This document shows, in pieces, positions 38,554 to 51,450 of a DNA stretch of 64,000 nt. How positions within the stretch are numbered: position 1 is the stretch's first letter; every line of letters starts with the position of its first letter. The notes under the pieces are model-generated. The model did not search any database, was not told the origin of the DNA, and worked only from the letters and a program-made list of their open reading frames with translations. The stretch covers positions 1 to 64,000 of the forward strand of contig JASVEC010000017.1 in the NCBI GenBank assembly GCA_030770535.1. The letters are read 5' to 3'. Source of the stretch: Batkoa obscura. Lineage: Eukaryota. The position numbers and the translations under genes were made by a program.

Positions 38554-40344
38554 ATGGGGAGGGTTTGCTATTTATGTAGAGATAAACCAGATCATGAAAA
38601 TAAATGCTGTAACCATTCATATCTTATACAAAGCAAAGAGCACAAAAGGATAAGTCTCAATTTAGAGAGACATGAGTTGAAGAAAAAGAATCAATATGAT
38701 GATATACATAGCTGGGCTTTGCCATTTATAACTTTTAATACACCTGAGTCAAATCTCAAAGAATCTGATATTAATACAGAAAAAGTAAAGACAAAAAAAA
38801 GCAATCAATATGATCCAATTCACAATTGGGTAGTGCCAATTATTCAATTCGCACCACAAAATGAAGAGAAAAAAAAGAGGAATAAATCAAAGATCAATCA
38901 TATTATACAAAGAAGGATTGCAATTAAAGACAACATTTCAATCAAAGATTGCATGACAATCAAAGATAACATCTTTATTTCTATTATTCGTTTCCCGATT
39001 AAAACTAGAATGCAAAATGTAATGACATTAATACAATATTCTTTCCCAGTTAAAGATGACAAAGTGGAGCTTTTTCTTTTATTAGTAAAAAAGCTGAGAC
39101 TATTGATTTCTAGTGGACGAAAAATTATTTTCGATTCAAAATTAACGGAAGGGTTTTATAAGCAAGAGTTTATAAAGTTAGGATTAGAAAGTTTTTTAAG
39201 CCAATGTTCTTCAAGTATTAATTTATTTTCAAAAGTGGATTTCAATTATGATAAGTTAAGTGTGCCATTGAAATGGACAATAGTTGCTTGTGGGCTAAGT
39301 TGGATGGAACAAACAGAACAGGTAAAATTACAATTGAAATATTTAGAACAAGTTATCTGGAATCATTTTTCTCATCTTACTTCCATTCGCCCCACTTTAC
39401 AAAATTTACAAGCCATGTTATTAATAGCTATACATTTACCAAATTTTTTATCAACAAATAGCGTAAGAGCTTCTCTTATCCTGCAATGTTTAACAATATC
39501 ATCTGCTATCGGCTTGCATTTGTTCACCAATAGATTGAATTCAAAGACGAGATTTGAAAGGCAACTTGCTTATGCAGCACTAATATTTACATCAACATTG
39601 ATGGACTTATCTTCTGGAGCACATATGGCTACGCCATTTAAGCCAAAAAACATAGACTCAACTAACCTTCCAACGTCTATTTATGCATGTTCCTTCAAGG
39701 AATATGTTACAAAAAATGAAGAAAACTTGGTTGATTTAATGTTGGCAGATTATTTTTGTGAAATAGCAGGAATTGTTTCGATGATCAATTTTATAAAAGA
39801 AAGATTTAAAATAAGTCAAGAGAATAAATTGGTTAGTAGTTTGACGAAAATATTAAGTCAAGTAAAAATTACTACTCTAAATTATCTTTTTAAGCTTTCA
39901 TCCATTAACAATAGTACGAGTAATGATTATTTAATAGCTAGAATTAGGTCATTAAATCATATGATAAGGCTTTTAAACCATTATATACAATTCTTTATAC
40001 TATCATTGAACTTTTATCATCCTAGTAAGGATAATAAATTAAAGAAGGGAGACTCAAATATTAAAGGAGTGTTAAAGTTAGCATTATTACAATGCCACCT
40101 TTTTATTGAGCATGTAATTAAACTTCCTCCACAGTTCATGGTAGGCTTTCCTGTTCCTATGCTTTCCCAATGCCTTGCATTTTTAGCGCAAAACCAATAC
40201 TATGACAATATAGAAACAAATAGACTCGCGATTTCTAATGGTTTAAAATTAATGGAATCTTTAAATCAATATTTAGTTCATTATTGGCCATGTAAGCTAA
40301 ATATTGATCTTATACATATGATTATAAAGTCCAAAAATGTGTAG
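38554..40344 (+). CDS. Putative transcription factor (fungal-specific TF middle-domain-like), paralog 1
   Basis: Intronless 596 aa ORF; PTLQNLQAMLL, AIGLH, RFERQLAY; N-terminal CxxC...CC; homologous to 53103-54746. Confidence 0.55.
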   Translation: MGRVCYLCRDKPDHENKCCNHSYLIQSKEHKRISLNLERHELKKKNQYDDIHSWALPFITFNTPESNLKESDINTEKVKTKKSNQYDPIHNWVVPIIQFAPQNEEKKKRNKSKINHIIQRRIAIKDNISIKDCMTIKDNIFISIIRFPIKTRMQNVMTLIQYSFPVKDDKVELFLLLVKKLRLLISSGRKIIFDSKLTEGFYKQEFIKLGLESFLSQCSSSINLFSKVDFNYDKLSVPLKWTIVACGLSWMEQTEQVKLQLKYLEQVIWNHFSHLTSIRPTLQNLQAMLLIAIHLPNFLSTNSVRASLILQCLTISSAIGLHLFTNRLNSKTRFERQLAYAALIFTSTLMDLSSGAHMATPFKPKNIDSTNLPTSIYACSFKEYVTKNEENLVDLMLADYFCEIAGIVSMINFIKERFKISQENKLVSSLTKILSQVKITTLNYLFKLSSINNSTSNDYLIARIRSLNHMIRLLNHYIQFFILSLNFYHPSKDNKLKKGDSNIKGVLKLALLQCHLFIEHVIKLPPQFMVGFPVPMLSQCLAFLAQNQYYDNIETNRLAISNGLKLMESLNQYLVHYWPCKLNIDLIHMIIKSKNV

Positions 40345-41128
40345 CTATTGACATTAATGCTTACTTATACCATGTTCAATGTACCGTTTTGTAATTCTAT
40401 TTCATCCTTTTCATATCTATATTGATAAATTAATTGAAATCTCCATTTACACTTAAACTTATTTTGTACTTTTTTAAAAGACAAGTAAACATCTAATTTA
40501 TTCAATTTTTAGTATTCAATTTTTACAAATATGGTTTATTTAAAAAATTGATATTTACATAATAATTATAAAATAATAAAGTATGCCTCAATTTTCTGGG
40601 TAAAATGATCTGTTAATTTCATTTTATTTTTTAAGTGAAATTAGTTATAAAAAACTAAGTACCAAAATATCAATGTGATAATAATTTGGATTTTCTAACA
40701 ATCGTAATTCATTTATTATCTACCATACTTTAACTACTTTCCAAATGATTTAATAAAATATGTTTGATATCATAATTTTATTTGTCTCCTGATAAATTAC
40801 TACTATCTCCTTCATTTATAAAACACATGTCTATCTTTGTACACTAAATGAATAATTGTTTTTTAAATACTAATTTGAATTTAACAATTTAACAATTTTA
40901 TTGATAAAATAAAATAACAAATGAATGTTGATGATATTTAAAATAAACTTGATACTATATTTTGATTTTTAGTTTTTAATAAAAATATCATAAATCATAA
41001 GTCTAAAAACAACTTATACATTTAACAAATTTTAAAAACTTTAAAATAATTGGAATTATTTATGTAAATATAATATAGTTAAAATTAAATAACAAAGTAT
41101 GCTGTGAAAAGGGAAAAGAGGTCCAAAA

Positions 41129-41662
41129 TTAGTAATTATAATCCCCACAACCAAAGGTTTGTGTCCAATAATAATCAGCCATACCGACTCCCATCTCTGT
41201 AAATTCTGGGTTAACCATATTACGATAATGACCTGGAGAGTTGGCCCAAGTATTAACTACCTCTTCTACTGATTGTTGGTTATAAGCTACATTTTCGGCT
41301 TCACCTGAAGAACGGTAACCTGTGTTCCGTATTCTTTCAAAAGGTGATGATCCATAAATTCCACTATGAGACATTCTTCCTACTTGAGCTTGGTACTCTG
41401 AATGTAACTGTGCAGCTTTATTTAACTTATTATTATAGGTTAAAGGACGTGATCCCACGATTTCTCTCTCACGATTGACCAAATAAATCATATAATTATA
41501 GTCAAAATCACTATAGTCGCCATTATTATTATAACTTGGATAATCATCATTAGAAATATGACTAGCTGCAGTTAACTTGGCATTTAACAAGTTTTGGTGA
41601 GTAGTTAAAGGATTTCCCTTTAAAAAAGTGAATAAAAAAGTAATGATATAAATAATATGCAT
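41129..41662 (-). CDS. Secreted CAP/SCP (PR-1-like) protein
   Basis: Signal peptide; LVNRER, LNKAAQLHS, MSH, ENVA, WANSPGHYRNM, YWTQTFG. Confidence 0.92.
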   Translation of the reverse strand: MHIIYIITFLFTFLKGNPLTTHQNLLNAKLTAASHISNDDYPSYNNNGDYSDFDYNYMIYLVNREREIVGSRPLTYNNKLNKAAQLHSEYQAQVGRMSHSGIYGSSPFERIRNTGYRSSGEAENVAYNQQSVEEVVNTWANSPGHYRNMVNPEFTEMGVGMADYYWTQTFGCGDYNY

Positions 41663-42822
41663 ATTAAATATTGAGATTGGATGAAGATGGATGAGTTTAA
41701 GATTTTAAAAGACAGATATCAATGAATGATTATATATACTAATTTAAGGACAGTTAGGAAAATAATTCTCAAGTTTCAAAAAAAGTTACTTTAAATGAAA
41801 CTAGGAAAAATAAAAACATTCAAATTTTTTAAATGATTTTATAGTTAATAACCAGCCTACTTTATTTTTTTTGCCACTTATGCCCTCCGTTATTATTGTT
41901 TAATTTTCTCCAGTTTTCATTGACTTATTTTAAAAGTTAACGTGTCTTTTTTCATTGTTTATGAAATTTTAGGACTTTATTTTTTTGGCTAACTTTATTT
42001 TGTTGATACATTGTATAATGATTTAATAGACAAAATACCTAAACAAAAATGAAAAGTTTTAATAGATAAAAAATAATGGTATATAATATAATTAAAAGTT
42101 ATCTTTTTAATTATTATTACATTTTAAGCTTCAGAGATCATTTATTAATAAATTGTCTGATAATATTAATATTCGATAATTTAAGTTCAACATCAAAATA
42201 ATATTATCACATAAAAACTACAATCCAAATATAGAAATTCGAAACCTAGGATAATTACCTTCATTATTGTTCCATTTAATAATTGTTATCTTTACATAAA
42301 AAATATCTTAATAATAGAACTCTGCTAAAGTTTGATAAAATAATTGCTTTTTAAGCTCATATAAACATTCTTCCTATCTTTTTAGCAGAATTCGGTAATA
42401 TTTTTATTTTTTTAGTATAGTTATTATCAATATACAATAAGAAAAATAAAAAAAATACTAGAACATTAGATGTGATTACTAATCTTAAATGAATGTGAAG
42501 TATGATAACACAAAATTGAAAATAAATCGGCCTATTATTTTGCTTTGTGCTGCAATATTAAATGAATTTTAAATTTTCATGAAGGGATAAAATAATATTT
42601 AATGATTTAAGTTCAAAATGAGCCAATAGCTTAGAAATTAATACTAATTCTAAGAACTATTAATAAGCTGAAGGGATTGATTTGAAAGCAATAACAAAAA
42701 TATATACAAAATATAGATAAAGAATACATAATAATTAATGGAATCGAAAAGGTATAAATACCAAGAAAAAGTTGAGAAAACTAATATTAAAAATAATTTA
42801 ATTATTAAACTTAGATCAAAAA

Positions 42823-43578
42823 ATGGCTGTTATTAATAAACCAAAAGTTTTTATTGTATTTTACTCCACTTACTCCCACGTATATAAATTAGCTCAAGCT
42901 ATTAAAGAAGGTGCTGAAAAGGAAGGAAAGGTAGAAGTATCCATTTATCAAATCCCCGAAACTTTATCTGAAGAAGTATTAAGTAAAATGGGTGCTCCTG
43001 CTAAACCAGATGTACCTGTAATTACTCCTGCCTTACTTAAGGAAGCTGATGGTATCTTATTTGGTTTCCCAACTCGTTTTGGTACTGTACCTGCTCAATT
43101 AAAAGATTTCATTGATTCTTGTGGCCAATTATGGGCTACTGGTGCTTTAAACGGTAAATTAGGTGGTATTTTCACTTCCACTCAAACTCAGCATGGTGGT
43201 CAAGAAAGTACTGCTTTCACTTTCCTTACTGTACTTACTCATTTTGGTATGCTTTATGTACCCAATGGTTATTCTACCCCATTAATTCAAGAAGATAAAG
43301 AAGTTATTGGTGGCTCTCCATGGGGTGCTTCAGTTGTTGCTAAAAATGATGTACCATCTCCAAATGAAAAAGAAATTGAAATCGGTAGAATTCAAGGTCA
43401 GAATTTTGCTAATTATGTAGCTAAATTTAATTCATCCGTTCCACAAGAGTCTGTTGTTGTAACTGAACCAGAAGTTAAAAAAGTAGAAGCTCCTAAATCT
43501 GAAATCAAAACTGAAAAAGTCGAAAACAAAACTAGCGGCCTCAAAAAATTATTTAAACGTTTATCTATCCTTAACTAA
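42823..43578 (+). CDS. Flavodoxin-like NAD(P)H:quinone oxidoreductase (WrbA/Pst2/Ycp4 family) 1
   Basis: FYSTYSHV, GFPTRFG, HGGQEST, GGSPWGA. Confidence 0.93.
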   Translation: MAVINKPKVFIVFYSTYSHVYKLAQAIKEGAEKEGKVEVSIYQIPETLSEEVLSKMGAPAKPDVPVITPALLKEADGILFGFPTRFGTVPAQLKDFIDSCGQLWATGALNGKLGGIFTSTQTQHGGQESTAFTFLTVLTHFGMLYVPNGYSTPLIQEDKEVIGGSPWGASVVAKNDVPSPNEKEIEIGRIQGQNFANYVAKFNSSVPQESVVVTEPEVKKVEAPKSEIKTEKVENKTSGLKKLFKRLSILN

Positions 43579-44029
43579 ACCTAGAAGGCACAATCTCATT
43601 CCTTAATATCTTTATTTAATAAAATAATAATTCAATGCTATTCATTCAGCCTTTAGTTAATATAAATAAAACTGTTTACTATACTTTAACTTTATAGCTA
43701 ATATTAATTTTAAATAGTTTTAAAATAATAAGTATTGTAATAACAACTAAATATTTTAATACTGAAGTTTGAGGCTTTATAGCTAAATACAAAAAAGACT
43801 GGTATCGATCATACTTTCATTACGATTGCATTTATTTTTTATAGGGTTCTTTAACTTAAAGTTAAATTTCAATATTTCAATGTAACCTCAAAGCAATAAT
43901 AATGAAAATCTATTAGAAACGATATATATAAACAAAGCGCAAAAATCGTTAAACACTTACTATTAATAATGGTCAATGTATAAAAATTTACTAGAAATTT
44001 ACTAGAAATTTTATTTTCAAAGGCTATTT

Positions 44030-44127
44030 CGAGATGTATTTTTTTGTTTAAGAATCTTACTAACAATCTTTCCGCTCAAATAGCGCTTAAAAAATGGAAA
44101 AAGTGATGAAACTAAAAAAACATCCCC
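44030..44127. mobile_element. MITE family A
   Basis: Core match; flanks ATTT/ACTT. Confidence 0.85.
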
Positions 44128-44791
44128 ACTTTATAAGTTTAAAATACTAAAGGATTTTTTTATCTATTCTTCACATAGATGGTAAAGATTATTAAGATAA
44201 CTATAAAATAAAAGAGTTAAAGACAGGAAGAAGTATAATAAACACTAAGACTAACTTATTTTTTTTGATTATTACTTTTGAAATTTTTACTTCAATAGTT
44301 AAATAAACTTTGAATTTTTTGCATAAAGCTTAAAATAAATAATAAAAAGTACCTATAAATAAAAAATCTGTTACTGGAATAATTATATCTATATTCAAGA
44401 TAATAATAAACTGAACAATATATATTCAATTATCACAATTAAAGTTTATTAGTAAATTTTAATATCATATTCACAAAGTGTAAGATTAAAATTTCTTTTT
44501 AAGTAAAATTTTAAGCTTTAATAAAAAGATTAATTTTTATAGTAACCCCGGTTAAAAAATTTCTCCAAATTTTTTACACTTCAATTTTTTTTTTTTTAAA
44601 CTTTAATTTTAGATCAAGGTACTTTAGAATTACCCATTAATTACCAAATTTAGCTCAAGTTAATTTACTTGGCAGAGCTAGTTAATAAATCATTGAAATT
44701 TAAAAATCGATAGTTGAAGTAGTATAAAAAGGTTATCATACTCTTTGATTTTAATTATTATACTTCATTAATAGAATTACAATCTTTAATC

Positions 44792-46320
44792 ATGTTCTAT
44801 TATCTTTTACTTTTTATCTCATTGGTATCATTTATAGTTTATAAAAGATCCAAATTATTCCAAATTCCAGAGCATTTAAAACATGTACCACAAATATCAT
44901 CCATGGACAATATATTATCTTTTATTAAAGGAGAGTCATTTGCTATTCGACATGAGAAATTTTTTGAACCTGCTATGAAAGAAACAGAATATGCAATGAT
45001 GTGGCAACAAGGGGATTGGGAATTATTAGTATCAGATACTTTAAGTATTAAATATATATTAAATCATACAGATATATTTTTAAAGAAAAGAGAAGAAGCA
45101 TTTACGAAAGATCAATTGGGCTATAAGCTTTTTGGTAGTTCTAATATTGTAAATAATGATACTTTGGAATGGAAACGTCATCGTCGTATTATTAATCCAG
45201 CTTTTAAAAAATCTTGGTCAATTGAGTTATTTGGTGATTGCACTAATGAGATAATTGATATTATTGAAAAGAAAGATGGTCAACCAATTGAAATACGTAC
45301 CCTTCTTCAACATCTTACATTAGATATATTAGGAAAAGGTTTATTTAGTTTTGATTTTGAAGCAGTTAAAAATGGTGATAAAAGTAAAATGATGTTTACT
45401 TATAATGAGATAATGAAAGGTTTATTTAATCCTATTTATTTTTTATTTCCAAAACTAGAAACAATAATACCATCTCGTCAATATTATCATCTTAAAAATG
45501 AAGAGTTTCGTTCTTTTTTAATTGATATGATTACACTTCGTAAAAAAGAGATTGAAAACGGAGATGCTAAAGAGGATTTGCTTACTTTAATGCTTAAAAA
45601 TTCATTGGAATCCAAGGAAGATTGTTTAACTAATGAAGAAGTTGTAAATAATTTAGCTTCTTTTTTTTTAGCTGGTCATGATACTACCACCAATGCACTT
45701 ACATCAGCTATTTATTTTTTAGCAAAATATCCACAAATTCAACAAAAAGTTCGTAATGAAATTATTCATGTTTTAGGTGATAATAAAAATGTTACTCCAT
45801 CTCATGAAAAGCAAAAACAATTGATTTATTTAAATTGTTTTATTAAAGAAACAATGAGATTCATTCCAACAGTTAGTTTATTAAAACGTTATTGTATTCA
45901 AGATCAAGTTTTACCTAATAATTTACTTGTTAAAAAAGACTCTTTTGTTTATTGTTATCTTTGGGGATTGCATCACAATTCAAAGAATTTTCCAAACCCA
46001 GATCAATTTGATCCTGATCGATTTTTAAATTCCTATGGTGAACAATCTAATTCTTGGATGCCATTTAGTGGTGGGTCTAGGTTATGTAATATTATCTATT
46101 ATATTATTTATTTAATTTTTATTAATAGTTTTATTTAGGTGTTGGTATGAATTTTTCATTAATTGAACAAAAAATTGTACTTTGTTTATTATTACAAAAA
46201 TTCCAAATTCAATTAGGTCCAAAATCAAAAAATTGGGAATCTCCTTTGCTTTCTGATACTGGTTTTATTTATATAAAAGATCTAGATATTCAATTTATTA
46301 ATATAACTGATTGCGTTTAA
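44792..46320 (+). CDS. Cytochrome P450, 2 exons
   Basis: N-terminal TM anchor, AGHDTT, ETMR, FDPDRF; heme motif FSGGSRLCVG completed across intron 46086-46138; stop at 46320. Confidence 0.95.
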
Positions 46321-46807
46321 AATTAATAAAAAAAATATTATTTAAAAAAACTTATTTTTTATTCTTTGTTTTATTTATTAAATACATACAACTTATTTTA
46401 TAATAATAATAATAATAATAATAATATAATTGATATAATATTTATTTAAATGATATTAAATGATAGTAAATTTATTTTTTTATATTTTATTTATAATTTT
46501 AAAAAAAAATTTATTGCTTTTAAAGGCAGAAATTATATATCTTTAAATAACAAATAAAAATTATATTTTAATAAAAAACATTATTCATTTATTATTAATT
46601 ACTATTAATTGCTATTAATTAAATTTATTAAATATAAATTATGATATATTTAAATCAAATTTAAAGCTAGGTTCTAATTTGAATAATAAAACAATATTAT
46701 AAAAAAACTGAATCAAACTATATCTAACTTAAAAATGTTTTAATTTAATAATAAAAATAAAAGCCAGAAAAATATAAAACAATTTCTAAAGGAAATAAGC
46801 TGTATAT

Positions 46808-46906
46808 GATAATGTTTTTTTTGGTTTCATTACTTTTTCCATTTTTTAAGCGTTATTTGAGCAGAAAGATTGTTAGTAAAATTCTTAAATAAAAAAATAC
46901 ACCACC
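46808..46906. mobile_element. MITE family A
   Basis: Core match; ATAT TSD. Confidence 0.85.
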
Positions 46907-46947
46907 ATATATCCCTAAATAATTATTAAATTTAATATTAATAAAAC

Positions 46948-47497
46948 TGTGAAAATTGGTACTCAGTGGTTGGAATTAAAAGCAATTCTTGGTTGATTAA
47001 CTAGCCTTGAGTCAAACGGTCTTTAGTTTATGTAATTAAGATAGATTTGAATTAATAGAAATAGTACGTAATAAACTATGAACTATGTAAAACAAATAGA
47101 ATATAAAATACTACTGTAAAATCTACGTAAGATATTGTCAGAAAGGCTCAGTGGCTTTATTAATAGTATGATATCAAGGAGTAATTCAATTAAAAAGCAT
47201 CGAGTTATTGTGTTGAGTAGTCTCTTTTATATTCCAACTGGGTAGCTATATATAAGGAATATAATAGCAGTTATTACTTATTATAGTTGCCAAGTATGGA
47301 CACTAAAACGTGGGACAATAAGTTCTTTGCAATTATGCGATAGAAATTCTCACAGCAAATCTAAATGAGGAACTCTGAATTGATTATACCACATGGATCA
47401 CGGTCAAATTGACTACAAGACTACAGCTAGTTTTGTAAACAAGTTAAATGACTATTATGTTATAATTATCCGAGAGCTGATAAACCAATATTTCACA
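46948..47497 (+). mobile_element. Solo LTR, copy 3 (550 bp)
   Basis: TGTGAAAATTGGTACTCAGT...CCAATATTTCACA; homologous to copies 1 and 2; no intact TSD. Confidence 0.8.
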
Positions 47498-48403
47498 ATT
47501 TTAATAAATTAATATTAACTTTTTTAAAATTTTAAACTAAGTTTATTTATATTTTATAAAATTCAATGCTTAATAAAAAAAACTATAAAAGTTTCCTGGT
47601 TAATTGTTTATAATATAAAAATTAATATTTAATAATTAAAATTAAAAGCAATTTTTGCTCAATAACTGGTTATAAGTTAAAAAGTTTTAATTTATATAAC
47701 TAAAATAAATTTAAACCAATAAAAATAATATATAATAAGCTATAAGCTATGTAAAATAAATAAAATAAAAGATATTATTATAAAATTCCTATAAAATACT
47801 ATAAAACTTAATAACTTTATTAAAAAAATAATATCAAGGAATGATTTAATAAAAAAAGCCTTAAATTATTATGTTAAGAAAAAATAAAAAAATAGATTGA
47901 TAATTTAGTTAAATAAAATAAAATAAAATATAAATAGTATATATAAAAATAAAATCAATTGATATTTTATTAATCACTAGTATTGTTAGTTTTATTTTTT
48001 TATTTTAATTGTTTTAATTATTTTGTTTTTAATTTATATTAAAAAAATTAGAAAAAGAATAATAACTAACAAAAATGTTTAAAACTATGTTTAAGCTTAT
48101 AATTTTGTTCGTTTTTAAAATATTTAAATAAACATTGGTTTAGATTATTTTCTCTATTCGAGTTGTTATTTAAATACTAATATCAATAATAAGGATTTAT
48201 TACTGATATTATTTAATTTTAAATTAAATAAAAATAATAATTGAATTTTATTAATTTATTAAAACAATTTCAAAGATTAAAAATTTTCAATTAATATTTT
48301 AGTATTAACTTTATATTTGATATTGTTTAATATAAAGCTATATTTAGATAATTATATAAAAAACAAAAGAATAAAAAAATTCTTAATATTAAAATAAAAT
48401 ATT

Positions 48404-48502
48404 GGGGGTGTTTTTTTTGGCTTCATCACTTTTTCCATTTTTTAAGCGCTATTTGAGTGGAAAAATTGTTAGTAAAATTCTTAAACATAAAAATACATCC
48501 CC
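48404..48502. mobile_element. MITE family A
   Basis: GGGGGTGT...ACATCCCC; flanks do not match. Confidence 0.88.
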
Positions 48503-48582
48503 AAATAGTGCTTATTTATTAAGAATTTAATAACATTTAATAATATTTTCAATTTTAGAAATCTATTTATATAATTGTATCT

Positions 48583-48679
48583 GGGGATGTATTTTGTATT
48601 TAAGAATTTTACTAACAATTTTTCCACTTAAATAGCGTTTAAAAGATAGAAAAAATAATAAACCAAAAAAAACATCATC
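48583..48679. mobile_element. MITE family A
   Basis: GGGGATGT...ACATCATC with ATCT TSD. Confidence 0.88.
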
Positions 48680-49262
48680 ATCTTATATAAAATTTTAAAA
48701 AAATATCAGAAAAATAAAAGATGAACATAATAACTCTATTAATAATCCAATCCAAAAATTAACAATTTTATTCTATTTTTCGTATATAATTAAACAAATT
48801 ATACAAGTTTATCATTTGTATCATACGAAAAATAATTCTTGCTTATTTAACCTAAATATCTAATTAGAGGAATCGGCTATTTTTGATAATAATTGTATGA
48901 CTAAATTTAACATTATCTATAAGCAACTGAGATTCTAATATTTTGTATAACAATTAATAAAACAATAAAATACGCTTATAATTTGATATTAATACAATTA
49001 GTCTATAATAATAATAGATGGATTAAATGTTTAATTATCTACTAATCTTCTACAACTTTTCAATAGAAACAATAAAAGCGAACTCAATTCAGATTCAACT
49101 TAATACAGTATGTAAGATAGGATAAAAGGCTAAACTGGGTAATTTAAATCCAATATATTTATAAGAATAAAAATAAACAAACAAGTATAAAAACAAATAA
49201 TATTCAAAATTTATCATATTTAACCTTCTAATCATTTAACATAAACTATTATTATTATTACT

Positions 49263-50030
49263 ATGACTACTATTGTCAAACCCAAACTTTATATTGTATT
49301 TTATAGCATGTATTTACATGTATACAAATTAGCATTAGCAGTAAAAGAAGGAGCTGAAAGAAACGGTAATGTTGAAGTAAGTATATTTCAAATCAAAGAA
49401 ACGGTCCCTGAAGAAATTTTGACCAATATAAAAGCCCCAAGTAAACCAGATGTACCTGTAATTACTCCTGCCTTACTTAAAGAAGCCGATGGTGTATTAT
49501 TTGGATTTCCAACTCGTTTTGGTACTGTGCCAGCTCAATTAAAAGATTTCATTGATTCTTGTGGTCAATTATGGGCTACTGGTGCTTTAAACGGTAAATT
49601 AGCTGGTACCTTTAATTCCACTCAAACCCAACATTCAGGTCAAGAAACTACAGCTTTCACTTTCCTCACAGTATTAGCTCATTTTGGCATGATTTATGTA
49701 CCCAATGGTTATTCATCCCCATTAATTCATGAAGACAAAGAAATTATGGGTGGTTCACCATGGGGTGCTTCTGTCGTTGCTGTTAATACTGGGGTACAAT
49801 CGCCATCTGATAAAGAATTAGAAATTGGTAAAGTTCAAGGTGAAAATTTTGCTAAATATTTGGCTCAATTCCATGGTTTTAGTAGTCAACAAAAAATTGT
49901 AAAAGAGGAGGTACCTGTTAAAACCCAAACTGTTAATAAGGATGATAGAGTTACAACCGAACGTGTTGAAAATCCTAAAAAAGAAACTGGTTTTAAAGGT
50001 TTCCTTAAGCGCCTATCTGTTCGTAATTAA
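49263..50030 (+). CDS. Flavodoxin-like quinone oxidoreductase 2
   Basis: FYSMYLHV, GFPTRFG, HSGQETT, GGSPWGA. Confidence 0.93.
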   Translation: MTTIVKPKLYIVFYSMYLHVYKLALAVKEGAERNGNVEVSIFQIKETVPEEILTNIKAPSKPDVPVITPALLKEADGVLFGFPTRFGTVPAQLKDFIDSCGQLWATGALNGKLAGTFNSTQTQHSGQETTAFTFLTVLAHFGMIYVPNGYSSPLIHEDKEIMGGSPWGASVVAVNTGVQSPSDKELEIGKVQGENFAKYLAQFHGFSSQQKIVKEEVPVKTQTVNKDDRVTTERVENPKKETGFKGFLKRLSVRN

Positions 50031-50315
50031 AATATTTATTACTCCTTTTTAAATATTATTGAATAAATATATTTGTATTATAAAATTTTTATTTTTATTT
50101 TTATTTTTATTTTTTCAAGCAATTCGTCTTCTATAAAGCTCATGATTATTTCTATATATTATTTGACATTTAGGTAAAAAATATTTTCAAATATTGAAAA
50201 AATTTTAATTGTTTTCGATATTACAGTTGTTGTGCAGCTCTTTTCCGACTTTTTAGTCATAATTTTTATAATAAAATTATTCATAAAGCCAATTGTTTCA
50301 AGAGCTATTTTAAAT

Positions 50316-50413
50316 GAGGGTGTATTTTTGTGTTCAAGAATTTTACTAACAACTTTTCCGCTCAAATAGCGCTTAAAAAATGGAAAAAGTAATGAAACCA
50401 AAAAAACACTCCT
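50316..50413. mobile_element. MITE family A
   Basis: GAGGGTGT...ACACTCCT with AAAT TSD. Confidence 0.9.
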
Positions 50414-50576
50414 AAATATTCTATTGAATTTTAATGAATTTTTTTTCTTAAATCAGCACTTAATGAGGTCGCAAAAGAGAAGCAACAGTTGTAAAGCCCT
50501 CAATTGATTTTTGACTAAAAATAATTAGCGGTAAAATGTTGCATATTGGCAGTCTATAGGCAAAAATCGGGAATGT

Positions 50577-50830
50577 TTTTTACCTATTGCCCTTTTTGCT
50601 ATTTTTTAAATTTAGAAATTATTAGCCAATGTAACTGTTTAAGCTCGAATATATGCTGAGAAATGGTGAATTTTATAACCAACTATTTGTTCTATTGTGC
50701 TAATTTGAGAATTATCAATCTAGCTTTTACTTTAAAATAAACAGTTAGCTAGAACTCATTTAAGATTGAACAGTTTATTGGTTGTTAATTTCTAAATTTT
50801 AAAAAAAAGCAAAAAAAACAATTAGTAAAA
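50577..50830. repeat. Degenerate inverted repeat (old foldback/MITE)
   Basis: ~65 bp arms 50577-50645 and 50762-50830 (TTTAAATTTAGAAATTA..CCAAT..AACTGTT). Confidence 0.55.
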
Positions 50831-51450
50831 TATCTCTAGTTAGTTAGGTTATGCAAATTAAGAAATAAAAATTTGAAGATAGCAACCGTTAAAATAAAAA
50901 TAAAAATAAAAATATATCATCTTTAATGTTATATAAACTATACTGCTTCTAGGAAGAAAGATTCTATAAAGTTATTTTAAAATGTACTTATTATAAAATG
51001 TATTTATTGAACTCGGTAAAAAGCTGATTTCATTATACATTTATAATATATAGTTTGTATAATAAAAAAACAACTTGAGATTCAACTTGTAGTAATTAGC
51101 ATAAATATTATAACCAAATCATTATGATAAATAAATATAGGGTTTATAAACTAGAAAAAAAATTAATAGATCTTAGGTTTATTTAATTATATCATCCATT
51201 TTTTATGTATAAGCCCCCTCAACTTTTTTATTTTCTATCAATTGAAATATTCTCAATGAAAATACAAAATTAGAAATTTATTAACAAAATAAGCATATAA
51301 TGATATTGTAGGCTAAATGGAAGAATTTTAAATAAAAAGGAAGCAACTTGATTAAAGGCTAGGTATATAAAATATAGTCAAGATTATTATTTCAATAATT
51401 GTTTATCCTCTATTAACTAATTCAATAATTATTTTTATATCAATTACACT

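Noticed and set aside
1258..50401. Small ORFs 1258-1455, 3228-3419, 19968-20150, 26544-26771, 43869-44066, 50159-50401
   Set aside because: They overlap MITEs or AT-rich DNA, mostly have non-ATG starts and show no protein-like features.
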